From Raillietiella orientalis (lineage: Eukaryota), in NCBI GenBank assembly GCA_036172245.1, contig JAYWIR010000004.1:930001-994000 (forward strand): a DNA stretch of 64,000 nt, given 5' to 3'. Below the pieces are notes generated by a model. The model had not been told where the DNA came from, searched no databases, and saw nothing but the letters and a program-made list of their open reading frames with translations. Of the stretch, positions 61,901-64,000 are shown one piece after another (the first letter of the stretch is position 1; every line of letters starts with the position of its first letter). The translations under genes and the position numbers were made by a program.

Positions 61901-63900
61901 AACTCGCCACAGCGGGTCCAGCAGCATCCCAGCGAGAGGAAAGGAAAAGAGCGGCGCTTCGACCGAGGAGGGATCCCGGTAATGGAGTCCTCTTCCTCCT
62001 TCTCGAGGCTCGGAAGCAGGGAGTCAATCTCTGGAGCGCAGGTCAAAAGGATTCGCCCCATCACCCGACGCGGCGAGAGCGAACCTGGGGGCAACGGCAG
62101 ACACGGCGGCCACAGGGAAGGCGTGTTTTTAGCCATCGGCAAGTCTCGGTTCGTTCATACGAAGACGGCGTGGAGGCAGGGCAGGACCGCGGTGGCTAAG
62201 GGGACGCTCCGAGCGCGTACCGCCGAAAGGGGATCGCGGGGCGCAGCGGGTTGCGGGATGCCTCCTTTCCGGGAGCTTGGGACGGCGAAACAAAAGCAGG
62301 CAGCAGGGCGTCCGGGACCGCTCGTGAAGGACGAGTGACCGGGAGGATGGTCGAAAAGCAAAGTTCCTGTGAGTCGGGAGCTCTCCTGCAGACGGGTTTG
62401 CCTCAGTTGAAGCCAAGGGGAACCTGGATGGAGCTCCGGATTCGCACTCTTGGCTCATGTGATACACATGGGCGGCATCCACGCGTGGACACGGCGCACC
62501 ACATGCGGACGTTCCAGATAGAATACGTCGTGCCATGTACGGGGGAGAGCGATGTGCATCGACGTTCCACACCAAAAGGAGCCGCTGCCGCCCACGGCTC
62601 CCTTGGATCTCTCCGGATACGAGAGTTGTCCCCCGTTCGGAACGAGGCAAAGCGACTCCCCCGCGTTGATCGGCAGCCTCGCGAGCGATCCTGAGGATGA
62701 GATAACGAACGAAAGCCTGGAGATCTCTCCGAAATCTGGCCTCGGCCCTTCCCAAGGAGAACGGGACTGTCTCAAGCGAGAGTCGGTGATTCCAGAGGCA
62801 GCAGCCCAGTTGCAAAAAGCGTCACGAGATCACAACCAGTTGTTACGAAACCGAAAGTTTTTTCTTTCTTTCTTTCTTCTTCTTCCTCTCTCGAATCGCT
62901 CTCTGGAACCCGTGATTACAAAACAAAGAAATTTTTTGACAGGGGCTCCGGCGCAAGAAGTCTCGTCAGAGAGACGGATAGAGAGCGAGATGATTCTCTT
63001 TCAGGATGATCTTTTGGCGAGAGTAGAGCGAGAAAGACCGCTCCTGGGTTTAGAGACAGATGTGGCTGGCGAGACATTCAGTTGCACGCCTCCTCGTCGA
63101 AGGAAAATCTTACGGGTAGCTCCGGACTGGGAGAACCCAGAAATCGGCACCACCGAGGATGCGGAAGAAGCGAAAAGCATCGGGCGGAAGAGCAGTTTGG
63201 AGAGTGGCCTCTGTTCTGTGCTCTGTTCGCTGCTTCAGAGGAAACCTGGAGGCTTTCGTTCGAATCTGGAGAGCAAGTGATGTGAAGGTGCTTTGCACCG
63301 AAACGAAATCCATCCACGAACAATGACCGTAGCCCCCAAAACAGGGTCCACTTCTGCATTGCTCTTTTGCTCCTCCTTTCAAGAATCGACATTGTGTGCG
63401 TACTGTGAGCCACACGGGGAAAGTTCGACCTTGTACACATGCGCAGCTGTGCGTGAATGCAACCGTATTACACGGGGTCCATGTCCTACTTTAGCAGCAG
63501 CAAGAGAGTTAAAGTGCAGCATTTCCCTCGCAGCACGTGGAAATATCAGAGAAGACCATGCTAGAAGGCTTTTCACCTAAGAGGGATTCGAAAAGGCCAG
63601 CTTAAAAATAGTAAGTCGTGGATCCTAGAAGTCAGAATGAAATCATCAAACTTTCCTCGATCTACGGCAGTCCCACAACGAGAAAGGCAAGAATGATTGA
63701 GAAGATTCCGAGGAACACGGTCAGATGAGAACGCATGGAGGTTTCACCGGAAACCGACAACTTTGGCTGACTTCATCACCAAACCGTCAAAACATGAAGC
63801 ACTCTCCCCACCATGTGCTGTTTGGCTATCAACCAGTGGAAGATCCACGAGTGTTTCATAGAAACCTTCCCGTCAACATCTTCGCGTGTCATTTCTTTCA
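59000..63900 (-). mobile_element. Decayed non-LTR retrotransposon relic
   Basis: 'KALEIFTLSEGIKSGSRPRDEIW' (L..LFN....G..P..W, ~61090-61140) and 'DRFRCLGRALDGFFYFLRRII' (Q.GFR.GRST.D.IF.L..LI, ~60910-60970), in the expected order. Confidence 0.45.
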
Positions 63901-64000
63901 GGCTCCAAAGGCTTCATTATCCTATCGCTTTCCCTGTTATCATAGCTTTCCAGTCCTCTGTCGGGGAAGATTTTGCTCCCTGTTCCATTGCTGGCTTCCT

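Noticed and set aside
61063..63280. Long overlapping ORFs of 180-242 aa on both strands
   Set aside because: They fall within a GC-rich decayed LINE relic. Stop scarcity is explained by composition and there is no coherent protein signal.
1..64000. CRISPR arrays, tRNA/rRNA/snRNA genes, intact transposase or RT ORFs, paired LTRs
   Set aside because: No regularly spaced repeats, cloverleaf/A-B box pairs, intact catalytic ORFs or long direct repeats were found by eye. A tRNAscan/Infernal run would be needed to exclude small RNAs.

Overview
Eukaryotic genomic DNA, most likely arthropod (inferred from spliceosomal GT-AG introns and gene content). There are no prokaryotic operons, CRISPR arrays, tRNA or rRNA genes. 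Two spliced protein-coding genes can be reconstructed by eye, both on the minus strand. (1) An Apaf-1/Dark/CED-4-type apoptosome gene (CARD + NB-ARC + WD40; 14 exons, about 1338 aa, 41484->35497) with very short introns and substitutions in three conserved NB-ARC motifs. (2) A 3-exon gene of about 1134 aa, mostly low-complexity (53555->47202). Most remaining sequence is heavily decayed transposon relics: about ten colinear non-LTR retrotransposon remnants (ORF1-EN-RT-Cys/His tail), a Penelope-like relic ending in a hammerhead-like core, two copies of an AT-rich foldback/MITE element, and weaker THAP and DIRS-RNaseH fragments. Unexplained structure includes an 84-nt near-perfect hairpin (16283-16366) and a GC-rich, poly(A)-tailed segment packed with hairpins and repeated c(UNCG)g tetraloop motifs (17819-18345). 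Relic boundaries are approximate and rest on visual motif recognition only. No searches or folding programs were run. I cannot claim a demonstrably new biological system; the best leads are in the findings.
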